A stretch of DNA of 63,572 nt, filler included, from 9 parts of 9 records of this genome joined end to end with filler, not necessarily neighbours in it, one strand, 5' to 3'. Shown: positions 1 through 9,051, counted from the first letter of the whole stretch. Translations and numbers: made by a program. The notes: generated by a model from the letters alone, not told the origin.

Positions 1-1
1 T

Positions 2-529
2 TCAGGTCAAATCGAGTGGCAGTTCGATATCAGCGATCAGACCTGGACCGATCTCGGAAGCGGTACCGCAACAGATGATGACTTTGAAGTGACCGATGAG
101 GACAACGGAGCTGTCTATTTTACAGACGATAATACCAATCTGAGCATGGCGACCGTGGACATCAACTACACCGGAACGCCCACCAACCTCCTTTCCAGCG
201 CGGGATGGACGGGAATCAGCAGCAGCGACGCGAATATACAGATCGCGACAGTGGTGATCAATGTCAGCGGAGCGACCTATGAGGAGATGGCCTTTTGCGA
301 GCTGGTCAGCGGCACGCCCGATGTCCTGCAGCAGTACTTCTATCTCTACGCCACGGGAGACGTGGTCCTGAACGGAAGCTATGCGGACGGCGGTGATACC
401 CACGTGTACGACAATATCAAGTTCTTCCAGGGATGGAACCAGGTCATCCGGGAGACGTCGGACGGTTCGGCCTTCAACTATAAGGCGGGCACCATCTCCG
501 GCGGGCAATGGACCTTCTATATTCCCTGA
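2..529 (+). CDS. Uncharacterised exported protein/lipoprotein, 5'-truncated; paralog of 1811..2479
   Basis: The frame of ORF 89..529 is open back to base 2 (SGQIEWQFDISDQTW...). It shares GWTG-SDAN, AFCE, YLYAT-V-L-G and FF-GWNQVI-ETSDG blocks with 1811..2479. Confidence 0.85.
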   Translation, partial: SGQIEWQFDISDQTWTDLGSGTATDDDFEVTDEDNGAVYFTDDNTNLSMATVDINYTGTPTNLLSSAGWTGISSSDANIQIATVVINVSGATYEEMAFCELVSGTPDVLQQYFYLYATGDVVLNGSYADGGDTHVYDNIKFFQGWNQVIRETSDGSAFNYKAGTISGGQWTFYIP

Positions 530-638
530 CGGATCGGCATAGCGTTCCCCTGATCCCTCTGGATTGAATCGGCCAGGGACAAGCTTAGGGCTTTTTTCTA
601 CTCTAAAAGTCAAATAGGCTTTATCATTAGCAATACAG

Positions 639-1754
639 ATGATTGGATTGACTGTAATCGCGGCCGCCGGAGCTCTGCAGGGAATCGCCATCCTGCTCTC
701 CATGCTATTCCGCCTGAGGCACAGACGAAATCTCCCCCTGGTTCTCCTGATCACGGTTTTTTCCATCCGTCTGGCCACCATTCCCACATGGAATTATGAT
801 GTTCTGCTCCATCGGCCCTGGCTCTGGCCGGCGACCACGGCGCTGCCCTTTCTCTTCGCTCCCCTGGTCTGGTGGCATATCAGGGACATGGTTTCGGAGA
901 AGCCGAGGCCGCTGTCCGGCCTGTTGCCCCACTGCCTGCCCTGGCTCGTCGAGGTCATCCTCCTCTGCCTCAGCCTTTTCTCCATGGACGAGACCGCTTA
1001 CAAGGCCTTTCTGGAGGATGTCTTTTCCGGGCGCCCGCCCCTCTGGCTGCCCGTGAGGAACGGCCTGAAGGTTCTGGTCAATGTGGTCTATCTGGTCCTG
1101 GCTTCCGTTCCGGCTTTCGGGAAAAGGGGAGGGCTGCGCTCTCCGGCCAAGAGGCTGTGGATGCGTTCCCTGGTCATCGTGCCCTCAGTGGTGCTCCTCT
1201 CCTTTGCGGCTGTGGCCGTCATTCCCTCAGCCACCGAGGAACTGACGGGAGGCGATGCCGCTCCCTTTCTGATGCTCTCCGTTTTCATGTCCCTCCTGAT
1301 CCTTCTGATCGCCACCTTCTTCATGGTCTGTCCCGAGCTGTTCGCAAAGACAGAATCCCCCGCGGGCTGCGGAGACAGGCAGTTCCCCGAGCCTGTATGC
1401 AGAGAGCTGCTGGAACGTCTGGAACGGCGTATGGAAAGGGGAGCCTTCCGAAATCCCGATCTGAGCCTGCCCGACCTGGCCTCTGAATTCGGTGTGAACA
1501 TCAATCTTCTCTCCCATACGGTAAACTGCTACGGGGGCATGGGGTTCCGGTCCTATATCAATGAGAAACGGCTGAACTATTTTCTGAAGGAGCTGGAAAG
1601 GGCTAAGGACGTTTCCCTGCTGGAGCTGGCATTTGATTCTGGTTTCTCCTCCAAGAGCACCTTCAACCGGGTGTTTCACGAGCAGATGGCCATGACCCCC
1701 ACCGAGTATCTGGGGAGAAAGAAAAAAGACAGTGAAATCAGTCCCAAATCATGA
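639..1754 (+). CDS. Membrane-anchored AraC/XylS-family transcriptional regulator
   Basis: About 7 hydrophobic N-terminal segments. C-terminal AraC HTH (FRNPDLSLPDLA...LLELAFDSGFSSKSTFNRVF...MTPTEY). Confidence 0.9.
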   Translation: MIGLTVIAAAGALQGIAILLSMLFRLRHRRNLPLVLLITVFSIRLATIPTWNYDVLLHRPWLWPATTALPFLFAPLVWWHIRDMVSEKPRPLSGLLPHCLPWLVEVILLCLSLFSMDETAYKAFLEDVFSGRPPLWLPVRNGLKVLVNVVYLVLASVPAFGKRGGLRSPAKRLWMRSLVIVPSVVLLSFAAVAVIPSATEELTGGDAAPFLMLSVFMSLLILLIATFFMVCPELFAKTESPAGCGDRQFPEPVCRELLERLERRMERGAFRNPDLSLPDLASEFGVNINLLSHTVNCYGGMGFRSYINEKRLNYFLKELERAKDVSLLELAFDSGFSSKSTFNRVFHEQMAMTPTEYLGRKKKDSEISPKS

Positions 1755-1758
1755 TTTG
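1745..1758. promoter_or_regulatory. 14-bp perfect palindrome CAAATCATGATTTG, candidate operator upstream of the lipoprotein gene
   Basis: Palindrome read directly; it overlaps the AraC stop codon and lies ~55 nt upstream of the next start. The operator role is inference. Confidence 0.4.
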
Positions 1759-1810
1759 AAACGACAGACTCCCTATCTCCGGTAGAATTCAAAGAAAAAC
1801 AACGGGGGTA

Positions 1811-2479
1811 GTGATGATGAGAAAACTGATATTGATGGGGCTGGTGCTTACGGCCGGGGCGCTGTTCATTTCATGCGATGACAGCGGCGGCGGGGATGGC
1901 GACGATCCTAAGGATGCGACGAGTCTGGGGACTGCTCTGAACTTCTCAGGGAGCGTAAACAGGACCTTCACGGTGGCCACCCAGGGCTGGGCGACGACAG
2001 CCGATACCTATACGGATGACTTCGTGCTGAATGATGAGAGCGACGATACGGTTTACGCCACACAGGACAATGCGGGGGGCAATACGGCGATCAGTATGAG
2101 CTACAGCGGGACCACCCACGCATCCCATCTCTATTCCACATCCGGATGGACGGGGGTCGAAACCAGCGATGCCAACGTGCAGATGACTACGGTTCAGATC
2201 GAGGTCGACGGCACCAGCGATGAGGTCGCTTTCTGTGAATACGATACGGCTACTCCCAAACTGAGATGGTACTACTACCTCTACGCCACGGCTGAGGTCG
2301 TTCTGGACGGCACATTCGTAGATACGGATGAAACGCCCAATGAGAACCACACCTTCAACAATATCCGGTTTTTCGAAGGATGGAATCAGGTTATCAAGGA
2401 AACCTCTGACGGAGTGACCTACGACTATGTGACAGGGACGCTGAGCGACGGAAACTGGTGCTATATGGATAATCCCTAG
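1811..2479 (+). CDS. Uncharacterised acidic lipoprotein
   Basis: Signal peptide with lipobox-like LFISC; GGGGGTA RBS; homologous to 2..529. Confidence 0.85.
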   Translation: MMMRKLILMGLVLTAGALFISCDDSGGGDGDDPKDATSLGTALNFSGSVNRTFTVATQGWATTADTYTDDFVLNDESDDTVYATQDNAGGNTAISMSYSGTTHASHLYSTSGWTGVETSDANVQMTTVQIEVDGTSDEVAFCEYDTATPKLRWYYYLYATAEVVLDGTFVDTDETPNENHTFNNIRFFEGWNQVIKETSDGVTYDYVTGTLSDGNWCYMDNP

Positions 2480-2502
2480 ACCGCGAAGGGGGCGCTGCAT
2501 CC

Positions 2503-2527
2503 CAACCACCTGCGCCGCAGGTGGTTG
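2503..2527 (+). terminator. Hairpin after the lipoprotein gene (probable terminator)
   Basis: CAACCACCTGC-GCC-GCAGGTGGTTG, 11-bp perfect stem; weak U tail. Confidence 0.55.
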
Positions 2528-2556
2528 TTGATTCTCTTAGGCCGGAAGGGTATAAT
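2528..2556 (+). promoter_or_regulatory. Sigma70-type promoter of gltX
   Basis: TTGATT-17 nt-TATAAT, 35 nt upstream of the ATG; AAGGA RBS follows. Confidence 0.75.
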
Positions 2557-2591
2557 AATCCAACTCTTTAGGCTTAAGGAAATCAATAGAC

Positions 2592-4064
2592 ATGTCAGTG
2601 CGTGTTCGCTATGCGCCGTCTCCCACCGGATTACAGCATATCGGTGGAGTCAGAACGGCCCTTTTCAACTACTTTTTCGCCAAGGCTAACGGCGGATCAT
2701 TCATACTCCGTATCGAGGATACCGACAGGGAGCGCTATTCAGACGAATCCCTCCAGGATCTCTACGACACCCTGAACTGGCTGGGTGTGCAGTGGGACGA
2801 AGGTCCCGGAAAAGGGGAGCGCGGCCCCTACGTTCAGTCCGAACGCTTCGATCTCTATCAGGAATATGCACAGAAACTCCTGGACGAAGGCAAGGCCTAC
2901 TACTGCTTCTGTACCGCCGAGAGGCTGGAGCGGGTCCGGGAAGAACAGAAGAAGAACAAATCCAAGGAACAGGGCTATGACCGCCATTGCCGGGACCTCG
3001 ATCCCGCCGAGGCCCTGAAGCGCAAAGAGGCCGGCGAGCCCTGCGTTATCCGTTTGAAGGTTCCCCGCGACGGGAAGACCACCTTCCATGACGAGGTGAT
3101 GGGCGACATAAGCCGGAAGAACTCCGACGTCAGCCCCGATCCCGTCATCCTCAAGACCGACGGTTTCCCGACCTATCACCTGGCCAATGTTATCGACGAC
3201 CACCTGATGGGCATTACCCATATCATGAGAGCCCAGGAGTGGATCCCCTCGGGGCCCCTTCATGTCATCCTCTACGAGGCCTTCGGATGGGAGCCGCCCA
3301 AGTACTGCCACCTGCCCCTGGTTATGGGCAAGGACGGTTCCAAGCTCTCCAAGCGCCACGGCTCCACCTCCCTGGTGGATTTCCGCAAGGCCGGATACCT
3401 GCCCGAGGCGATCATCAACTACGTCTCCCTCCTGGGCTGGTCCTTCGACGACTCCCGCGAGTTCTTCAGCCGGGAAGACCTGGAAGAGCTCTTTTCCATG
3501 GAGAAAATCAACAAGGCTCCCGCCGTATTCGATTACAGAAAGCTGGAGTGGTTCAACGGCCAGTATATCCGTCAGAGAAGCAAGGATTCCCTGATGGAGC
3601 TCCTGTTGCCCATCCTGCAGGCGGACGGCGTGGTTTCAGATCCCATGACCGATGAGGAGGCCTCCATCCTGGACGGAGCCTTCCCCCTGGTCCATGAGCG
3701 TCTGAAGTTCACCAACGATGTGAGCGAAATGATCCGCTTCCTCTTCAAGGAGATCGACTCCTGGAATGCGGAGGATGCCCTTCCCAAAAAGATGGAGCTC
3801 TCCCAGCTTCCCGCGATCCTGGATGCGGGCGCCTCCCTTCTGGCCGGTTTCGACGGGAGGAGTCAGGAAGAGAACGAGCAGGCATTCAAGGATAAGGCCG
3901 GGGAGCTGGGTCTGAAACTGGGACAGATCATGCAGCCCGTGCGGGTGGCCGTCACCGGCACCAAGAGCTCGCCCCCCCTGTTCGAGTCCATCGGCCTGCT
4001 GGGCAAGGATAAGGCTATCGAGAGGATCAACGCCCTGAAGGCGCAGATCGAGAAAGCCCTTTAG
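2592..4064 (+). CDS. gltX: Glutamate--tRNA ligase
   Basis: RYAPSPTG, HIGG, RIEDTD, KLSKR class I motifs; C-terminal anticodon-binding domain. Confidence 0.97.
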   Translation: MSVRVRYAPSPTGLQHIGGVRTALFNYFFAKANGGSFILRIEDTDRERYSDESLQDLYDTLNWLGVQWDEGPGKGERGPYVQSERFDLYQEYAQKLLDEGKAYYCFCTAERLERVREEQKKNKSKEQGYDRHCRDLDPAEALKRKEAGEPCVIRLKVPRDGKTTFHDEVMGDISRKNSDVSPDPVILKTDGFPTYHLANVIDDHLMGITHIMRAQEWIPSGPLHVILYEAFGWEPPKYCHLPLVMGKDGSKLSKRHGSTSLVDFRKAGYLPEAIINYVSLLGWSFDDSREFFSREDLEELFSMEKINKAPAVFDYRKLEWFNGQYIRQRSKDSLMELLLPILQADGVVSDPMTDEEASILDGAFPLVHERLKFTNDVSEMIRFLFKEIDSWNAEDALPKKMELSQLPAILDAGASLLAGFDGRSQEENEQAFKDKAGELGLKLGQIMQPVRVAVTGTKSSPPLFESIGLLGKDKAIERINALKAQIEKAL

Positions 4065-4162
4065 CCGTCCAGATGGACGGAGAGGCGGTCTCGGACCGTC
4101 GAAACGGCCCGCGGTGCGGGCCGAGGGTCAGAAAAGAGAATAAATAAGTAAGGATATATGTC

Positions 4163-5548
4163 ATGGCCAAGGAAAAGAAAGCAAATCAGGTAAGCAACAA
4201 ATACGGTGCCTCCATGGAGAAGATCGTCTCCCTCGCCAAGAGAAGGGGTTTCGTCTATCCCTCCAGCGAGATCTACGGCGGTCTGTCCGCGACCTGGGAC
4301 TACGGTCCCCTGGGAGTGGAGCTGAAGAAGAACATCCAGGAGATCTGGTGGCGCGAGATGACCCGCCTTCAGGACAACATCGTGGGGCTGGACGCCGCCA
4401 TCATGATGCACCCCCGCACCTGGGAAGCCTCCGGCCATGTGGAGAACTTCTCCGATCCTCTGGTGGACTGTAAGCAGTGCAAGACCCGTTTCCGGGAAGA
4501 CAAGCTGCCCCAGGAGAACATCGACAGCAAGAAATGTCCCGAATGCGGCGGCGAGCTCACCGAGCCCCGTCAGTTCAATCTCATGTTCACCACCCACCTG
4601 GGGCCCGTTCAGGACTCGGGTTCGGTTGTCTACCTGAGACCCGAAACCGCCCAGGGTATCTTCGTCAACTTCAAGAACGTCGTGGACACCAGCCGGGTGC
4701 AGATCCCCTTCGGCATCGCCCAGGTGGGCAAGGCCTTCCGGAACGAGATCACCACCAAAAACTTTATCTTCCGGACCTGTGAGTTCGAGCAGATGGAGAT
4801 GCAGTTCTTCGTGAAGCCCGGCACTGACGACGAATGGTTCGAGTACTGGAAAGAGCAGAGAATGAAGTACTACACCGAACAGCTGGGCATCCTCCCCGAG
4901 AACCTCCACTTCCATCAGCACGGCGAGGGCGAGCTGGCCCATTACGCCAAGGACGCCTACGACGTGGAGTACCAGTACCCCTTCGGATGGGAAGAGCAGG
5001 AAGGTATCCACAACAGAACAGACTTCGACCTGGGACGCCACGGCGAGTTCTGCGGAAAGGAGATCAATTACCTCGATCCCCAGACCAACGAACGCTACGT
5101 CCCCTATGTAATAGAAACCTCCGCAGGACTGACACGCTCCGTACTGGTTTGTCTGATGGACGCCTACCATGAGGAGACCATCGGTGAGGACAAAAAAGGT
5201 AATCCCGACGTCCGGACCGTACTGCACCTGCATCCCAATGTGGCGCCTGTAAAGGCCGCCGTACTTCCTCTTGTGAAAAAGGACGGGCTCGCCGATCTTG
5301 CCAAGGACATCGAGAAGGAACTCGCAGTAGAGTTTAATACCTTCTACGACCAGTCAGGTGCGATCGGCCGTCGCTATCGTCGCCAGGACGAGATCGGAAC
5401 CCCCTTCTGCGTTACCGTAGACTACGACAGCAAGGAAAACAACGACGTTACCATCCGGTTCCGGGATTCTATGGAACAGGTCCGCGTTCCCAGAGAAGGT
5501 CTGGCCGCGCGCCTCAAAGACGAAATCAAGAAGTACAAAAGGGTTTGA
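4163..5548 (+). CDS. glyQS: Glycine--tRNA ligase (alpha2 homodimeric type)
   Basis: EIYGG, DYGPLG, LRPETAQGIF, FRNEI, EFEQMEMQFF, IGRRYRRQDEIGTP motifs; CxxC...CPxC insertion. Confidence 0.96.
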   Translation: MAKEKKANQVSNKYGASMEKIVSLAKRRGFVYPSSEIYGGLSATWDYGPLGVELKKNIQEIWWREMTRLQDNIVGLDAAIMMHPRTWEASGHVENFSDPLVDCKQCKTRFREDKLPQENIDSKKCPECGGELTEPRQFNLMFTTHLGPVQDSGSVVYLRPETAQGIFVNFKNVVDTSRVQIPFGIAQVGKAFRNEITTKNFIFRTCEFEQMEMQFFVKPGTDDEWFEYWKEQRMKYYTEQLGILPENLHFHQHGEGELAHYAKDAYDVEYQYPFGWEEQEGIHNRTDFDLGRHGEFCGKEINYLDPQTNERYVPYVIETSAGLTRSVLVCLMDAYHEETIGEDKKGNPDVRTVLHLHPNVAPVKAAVLPLVKKDGLADLAKDIEKELAVEFNTFYDQSGAIGRRYRRQDEIGTPFCVTVDYDSKENNDVTIRFRDSMEQVRVPREGLAARLKDEIKKYKRV

Positions 5549-5615
5549 TTCGGGTGTTTCATCATGTATTCGTATATCCCATGAGTATTGTTTAGCATAA
5601 TAATCCGAAAGCAAT

Positions 5616-5648
5616 TCAGTAATCCCAGGTATGCCCTGGGATTACTGA
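5616..5648. terminator. 14-bp perfect hairpin downstream of glyQS
   Basis: TCAGTAATCCCAGG-TATGC-CCTGGGATTACTGA; no clear poly-U tail. Confidence 0.55.
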
Positions 5649-5922
5649 TGGAATGTGATAACTTATAAGATTTATAGTATTAAAGTCTTTAAGATGATCT
5701 CAATCGTTATCTGGGTGATTCCGGATTTTATGATTTGGAACTGATTTTTAAATCTGATGACCATCTGCGGAGCCGCCTGAGTCGCATATCGTTGATAAGG
5801 GGCTTCATTGAGGGGCTACGGATGTTTATAAAAGATTAAAATCAGTGATGAACGAAGTCCGGCGGACTCTTATGTTTCTCGACAGTTCATTTTAATTTGA
5901 TCCATGGCATTTTATACAATGG

Positions 5923-6903
5923 TTGGTGATAATGGCTGATTTTCCATCAGGGCTTTCTGGTTTGTCTCTCGTTTACTGGCTGGTTTCCCTTGCGTCATGC
6001 ATCCTTGTTTTGGGATTTTCATTATACACTCTAAGGATTCGGAACGATTTACGAGTGTTCAGACTTCTCCCATTTTTTACAATCAATTTAGGTATGCATT
6101 TCGTCAACTTTTTGTCTGAACTGAACTGGTACCGCCCACCCCCCTATAATGATATCGCCAGGATAAGCGCTATGGTAATAACGAGTTTGCTCATTGTGGT
6201 TATTACCAGAATCGTTCCCCCGAAAAGGGAACGGCATGCAAGAGCAGTTCGTTTTTTCTTTGCAATTTCAGGTATCTTTATGGCTGCTCATTACCTTGCG
6301 AGTGCTGCTTATTTTTATTCGCAGTCTTACACCGGGGACAATTTATACTTCTCCGGTCATAGGATCATTCCAGCTTTAACAGTGTTTTTCCTCTCTACCG
6401 CTGCTCAGATTTACGTGGCACTTGAAATCCTGACAAGGCGGTCCATCTCTTTTTACGGCAGGGAAAACAGACCTTGCTTAAAACTTATCTCCTTTCTTCT
6501 CATTGCCAGCATACCACTTATACTGATTATTGATCAAATCCGCTACTTCTTCCCCGTATTATGGACTCCTCTGCAGGAGGAGAGACTTATTATCCTTCCC
6601 GGATTCAATATCCTTTTAAACCTGATCTTTCTCAGAATGCTTTCCAGAACCGTCGCCACGGTAACCCGTTCTCAGAGCGTTTCTGTCAATCCTCTCACAA
6701 AAAGAGAGATTCAGGTCGCTATCCTCCTTGCGGAAGGGGCCGCCTACAAGGAGATAAGCAAAGATCTTAGTATCAGTCTTTCGACTGTGCAAAGCCATGT
6801 AAAGAACATCTACCGGAAAACAGGGGTGAACGGGAAAAGCCCTCTGCTGCTTTATCTTCAGTCCGAAAATATTATCAAGAGCAGAAAACCAGATAATACC
6901 TGA
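5923..6903 (+). CDS. Membrane-anchored LuxR/CsgD-type HTH regulator (start may be ATG 5932)
   Basis: About 7 hydrophobic segments, then LTKREIQVAILLAEGAAYKEISKDLSISLSTVQSHVKNIYRKTGV (LuxR HTH). Confidence 0.88.
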   Translation: MVIMADFPSGLSGLSLVYWLVSLASCILVLGFSLYTLRIRNDLRVFRLLPFFTINLGMHFVNFLSELNWYRPPPYNDIARISAMVITSLLIVVITRIVPPKRERHARAVRFFFAISGIFMAAHYLASAAYFYSQSYTGDNLYFSGHRIIPALTVFFLSTAAQIYVALEILTRRSISFYGRENRPCLKLISFLLIASIPLILIIDQIRYFFPVLWTPLQEERLIILPGFNILLNLIFLRMLSRTVATVTRSQSVSVNPLTKREIQVAILLAEGAAYKEISKDLSISLSTVQSHVKNIYRKTGVNGKSPLLLYLQSENIIKSRKPDNT

Positions 6904-7043
6904 GTCCCCCCATAGCCCCTCTCCCATAAAAATCACATAAACGGGTGATACAAAAATTATACCCGAGGGGCGTATCATGCAGGCAGTAAGTACGTTACGA
7001 GCCGGCATGGACATCATGCCGTTTTCAAATCAGGGGGGTAATT

Positions 7044-7718
7044 ATGAATGGGAAAAGTGCACAGGTCCTGGGAGGATTGATAATACTCCTGTTCGTGTCC
7101 GGATGCAGTAATGAGTCTTCCGCAGGCAAAGGCTTTTCCGGAGATTACAGTGGAGCCATCAAACAGGCGGACAGCTATGTCGGAGCCTGGCAGGGAAATG
7201 TCAGCGCAGAAGGATTCATTTCTGTAACAGCCCGAGTTCTTCCTACTATGCAGTTTTCCGGCAATGTCTCAGAGAGTGGGAACTTTACCATAGCGGAAGA
7301 TCCTTCGTCCGGTGATGGAATCGGCAGCGGCTCCATTAATGGCGAGACCGTAACAGGAACCATCCTGGCAACCGGCGATACCTTCACCGTCAAGGGAAGG
7401 AAATTCTTCGGAGGTGCGGATTATATAGGGACATGGTATGAGAAAACAACGGATAGTGTTTACAGGAAGATTGTTATTGGATCAACCGGCTCTTTCATCG
7501 AATACACAGATGATAATAATGACGGAGTTTACAGTGAAGACGAGATCAGCGAAGAGGGATTTTTTACCGTAACCGGCAGCACGTTTACCCTCGAGCCATA
7601 TGCTGGGAGTTTTGAAGGAATCTACTTTGTGACTGACGACGACTACCTTATCCTTGCTTTTGAAGGAATCAGCAATATGTTTATTACCAGCATGGATCAG
7701 AATCCGGCGGCAAAATAA
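7044..7718 (+). CDS. Uncharacterised lipoprotein
   Basis: Signal peptide with LFVSGC lipobox; GGGGGGTA RBS; G/S/T-rich, beta-rich-looking sequence with two Y-G-x-W motifs. Confidence 0.8.
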   Translation: MNGKSAQVLGGLIILLFVSGCSNESSAGKGFSGDYSGAIKQADSYVGAWQGNVSAEGFISVTARVLPTMQFSGNVSESGNFTIAEDPSSGDGIGSGSINGETVTGTILATGDTFTVKGRKFFGGADYIGTWYEKTTDSVYRKIVIGSTGSFIEYTDDNNDGVYSEDEISEEGFFTVTGSTFTLEPYAGSFEGIYFVTDDDYLILAFEGISNMFITSMDQNPAAK

Positions 7719-7827
7719 GATCGTACATCTTTGATATACAGCTCGCCTCCGGAAAGGAACCGCCGGGACGATCCATAGTCTTGTCGAGTACTCAAATGTC
7801 CGGGAGCCCTTAGTTTTCCTTCTCTCC

Positions 7828-7856
7828 TTGTATAAAAGAATTCTATCAGTTACAAT
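7828..7856 (+). promoter_or_regulatory. Sigma70-type promoter of tyrS
   Basis: TTGTAT-17 nt-TACAAT. Confidence 0.6.
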
Positions 7857-7888
7857 CATGCAGCCAAACTAATATGGAGGTAAAGGAT

Positions 7889-8757
7889 ATGAACGCGGCA
7901 TTAGCCACTCTGAAAGAGAGAGGCTTTTTCAAACAGTGTACAGACGAAGATCTGCTTAATAAAAAATTTGATGAAGGGCCGGTACGGATTTATGTCGGCG
8001 TCGATCCCACAGGGCCTTCTATGCACATCGGTCACATGGTGCCCCTTTTCGCCATGCACCATCTCCAGGAGGCGGGACACCTGCCTATCATCCTGGTGGG
8101 AGGCGGAACCGCCAGAATCGGAGACCCCTCGGGCAAGAGCGATATGCGCAAGATGCAGACCGTAGACGAGATCAAGGCCAACGCCGAGAGGCTGAAAGGC
8201 CAGATCTCCCGCTTTATCAGCTTCGAAGAGGGCGGTGCCAAGCTGGTGGACAACGCCGACTGGCTGGCCCCCCTGAACTACATCGAGTTCCTCAGGGACA
8301 TCGGCCGTCACTTCTCGGTCAACAGGATGCTGACCTTCGAGGCCTACAAGAAGAGAATGGAGAACGGACTCTCCTTTATCGAGTTCAACTACCAGCTCCT
8401 CCAGTCCTACGACTTCCTGGAACTCTTCAGACGGGAAGACTGTCTGCTCCAGATCGGCGGCGACGACCAGTGGGGCAATATCGTAGCCGGTATGGAGCTG
8501 ATCCGCCGGGTAGAGGGCGGCGAGGCCATGGGCCTGACCTTCCCTCTGGTCACCAGAAGCGACGGAAAGAAGATGGGCAAGACCGAGAAGGGCGCTGTTT
8601 TTCTTGACCCAAGCATGACCAGCGTCTACGACTTCTACCAGTACTGGAGAAACGTGGCCGACGCGGACGTGGAGAAGTTCCTCCTCATGTACACCTTCCT
8701 CCCCGTAGAGGAGTGTAAGCGTCTGGGCGCCCTGAAGGATCAGGAGATCAACAAGGC
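7889..8757 (+). CDS. tyrS: Tyrosine--tRNA ligase, 3'-truncated by contig end
   Basis: YVGVDPTG, HIGH, YQLLQSYDF, QIGGDDQWGNI, KMGKT. Start set at the ATG after the GGAGGT RBS. Confidence 0.96.
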
Positions 8758-8857
8758 NNNNNNNNNNNNNNNNNNNNNNNNNNNNNNNNNNNNNNNNNNN
8801 NTTAATTAATTAANNNNNNNNNNNNNNNNNNNNNNNNNNNNNNNNNNNNNNNNNNNN
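8758..8857. other. Artificial contig spacer
   Basis: N44-TTAATTAATTAA-N44; genes are truncated on both sides. Confidence 0.99.
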
Positions 8858-8858
8858 C

Positions 8859-9050
8859 AAGGTCAATGCGGCGGTGCTGGCCGGCGGCATCTGGGAGGCC
8901 ATGCTCACCACGGCCCTGGGCCTTGCCGTGGCCCTGCCCTGCATGGTGGCCCACTCCTACCTGGTGGCCCGGATCGACACCTATGAGGCCCGGCTCCAGA
9001 ACGGCGCGGTCACCTTTCTCAAGGCCGTAACCAAAACCCCGGGGGCGTGA
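8859..9050 (+). CDS. exbB: MotA/TolQ/ExbB proton channel, C-terminal fragment
   Basis: Manual translation KVNAAVLAGGIWEAMLTTALGLAVALP...; lies directly upstream of exbD. Confidence 0.88.
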   Translation, partial: KVNAAVLAGGIWEAMLTTALGLAVALPCMVAHSYLVARIDTYEARLQNGAVTFLKAVTKTPGA

Positions 9051-9051
9051 C

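Noticed and set aside
5754..5760. CTGATGA here (and ATGATGA...GAA near 63189) as hammerhead ribozyme cores
   Set aside because: The required stem II, GAAA and UH geometry cannot be built at either site.
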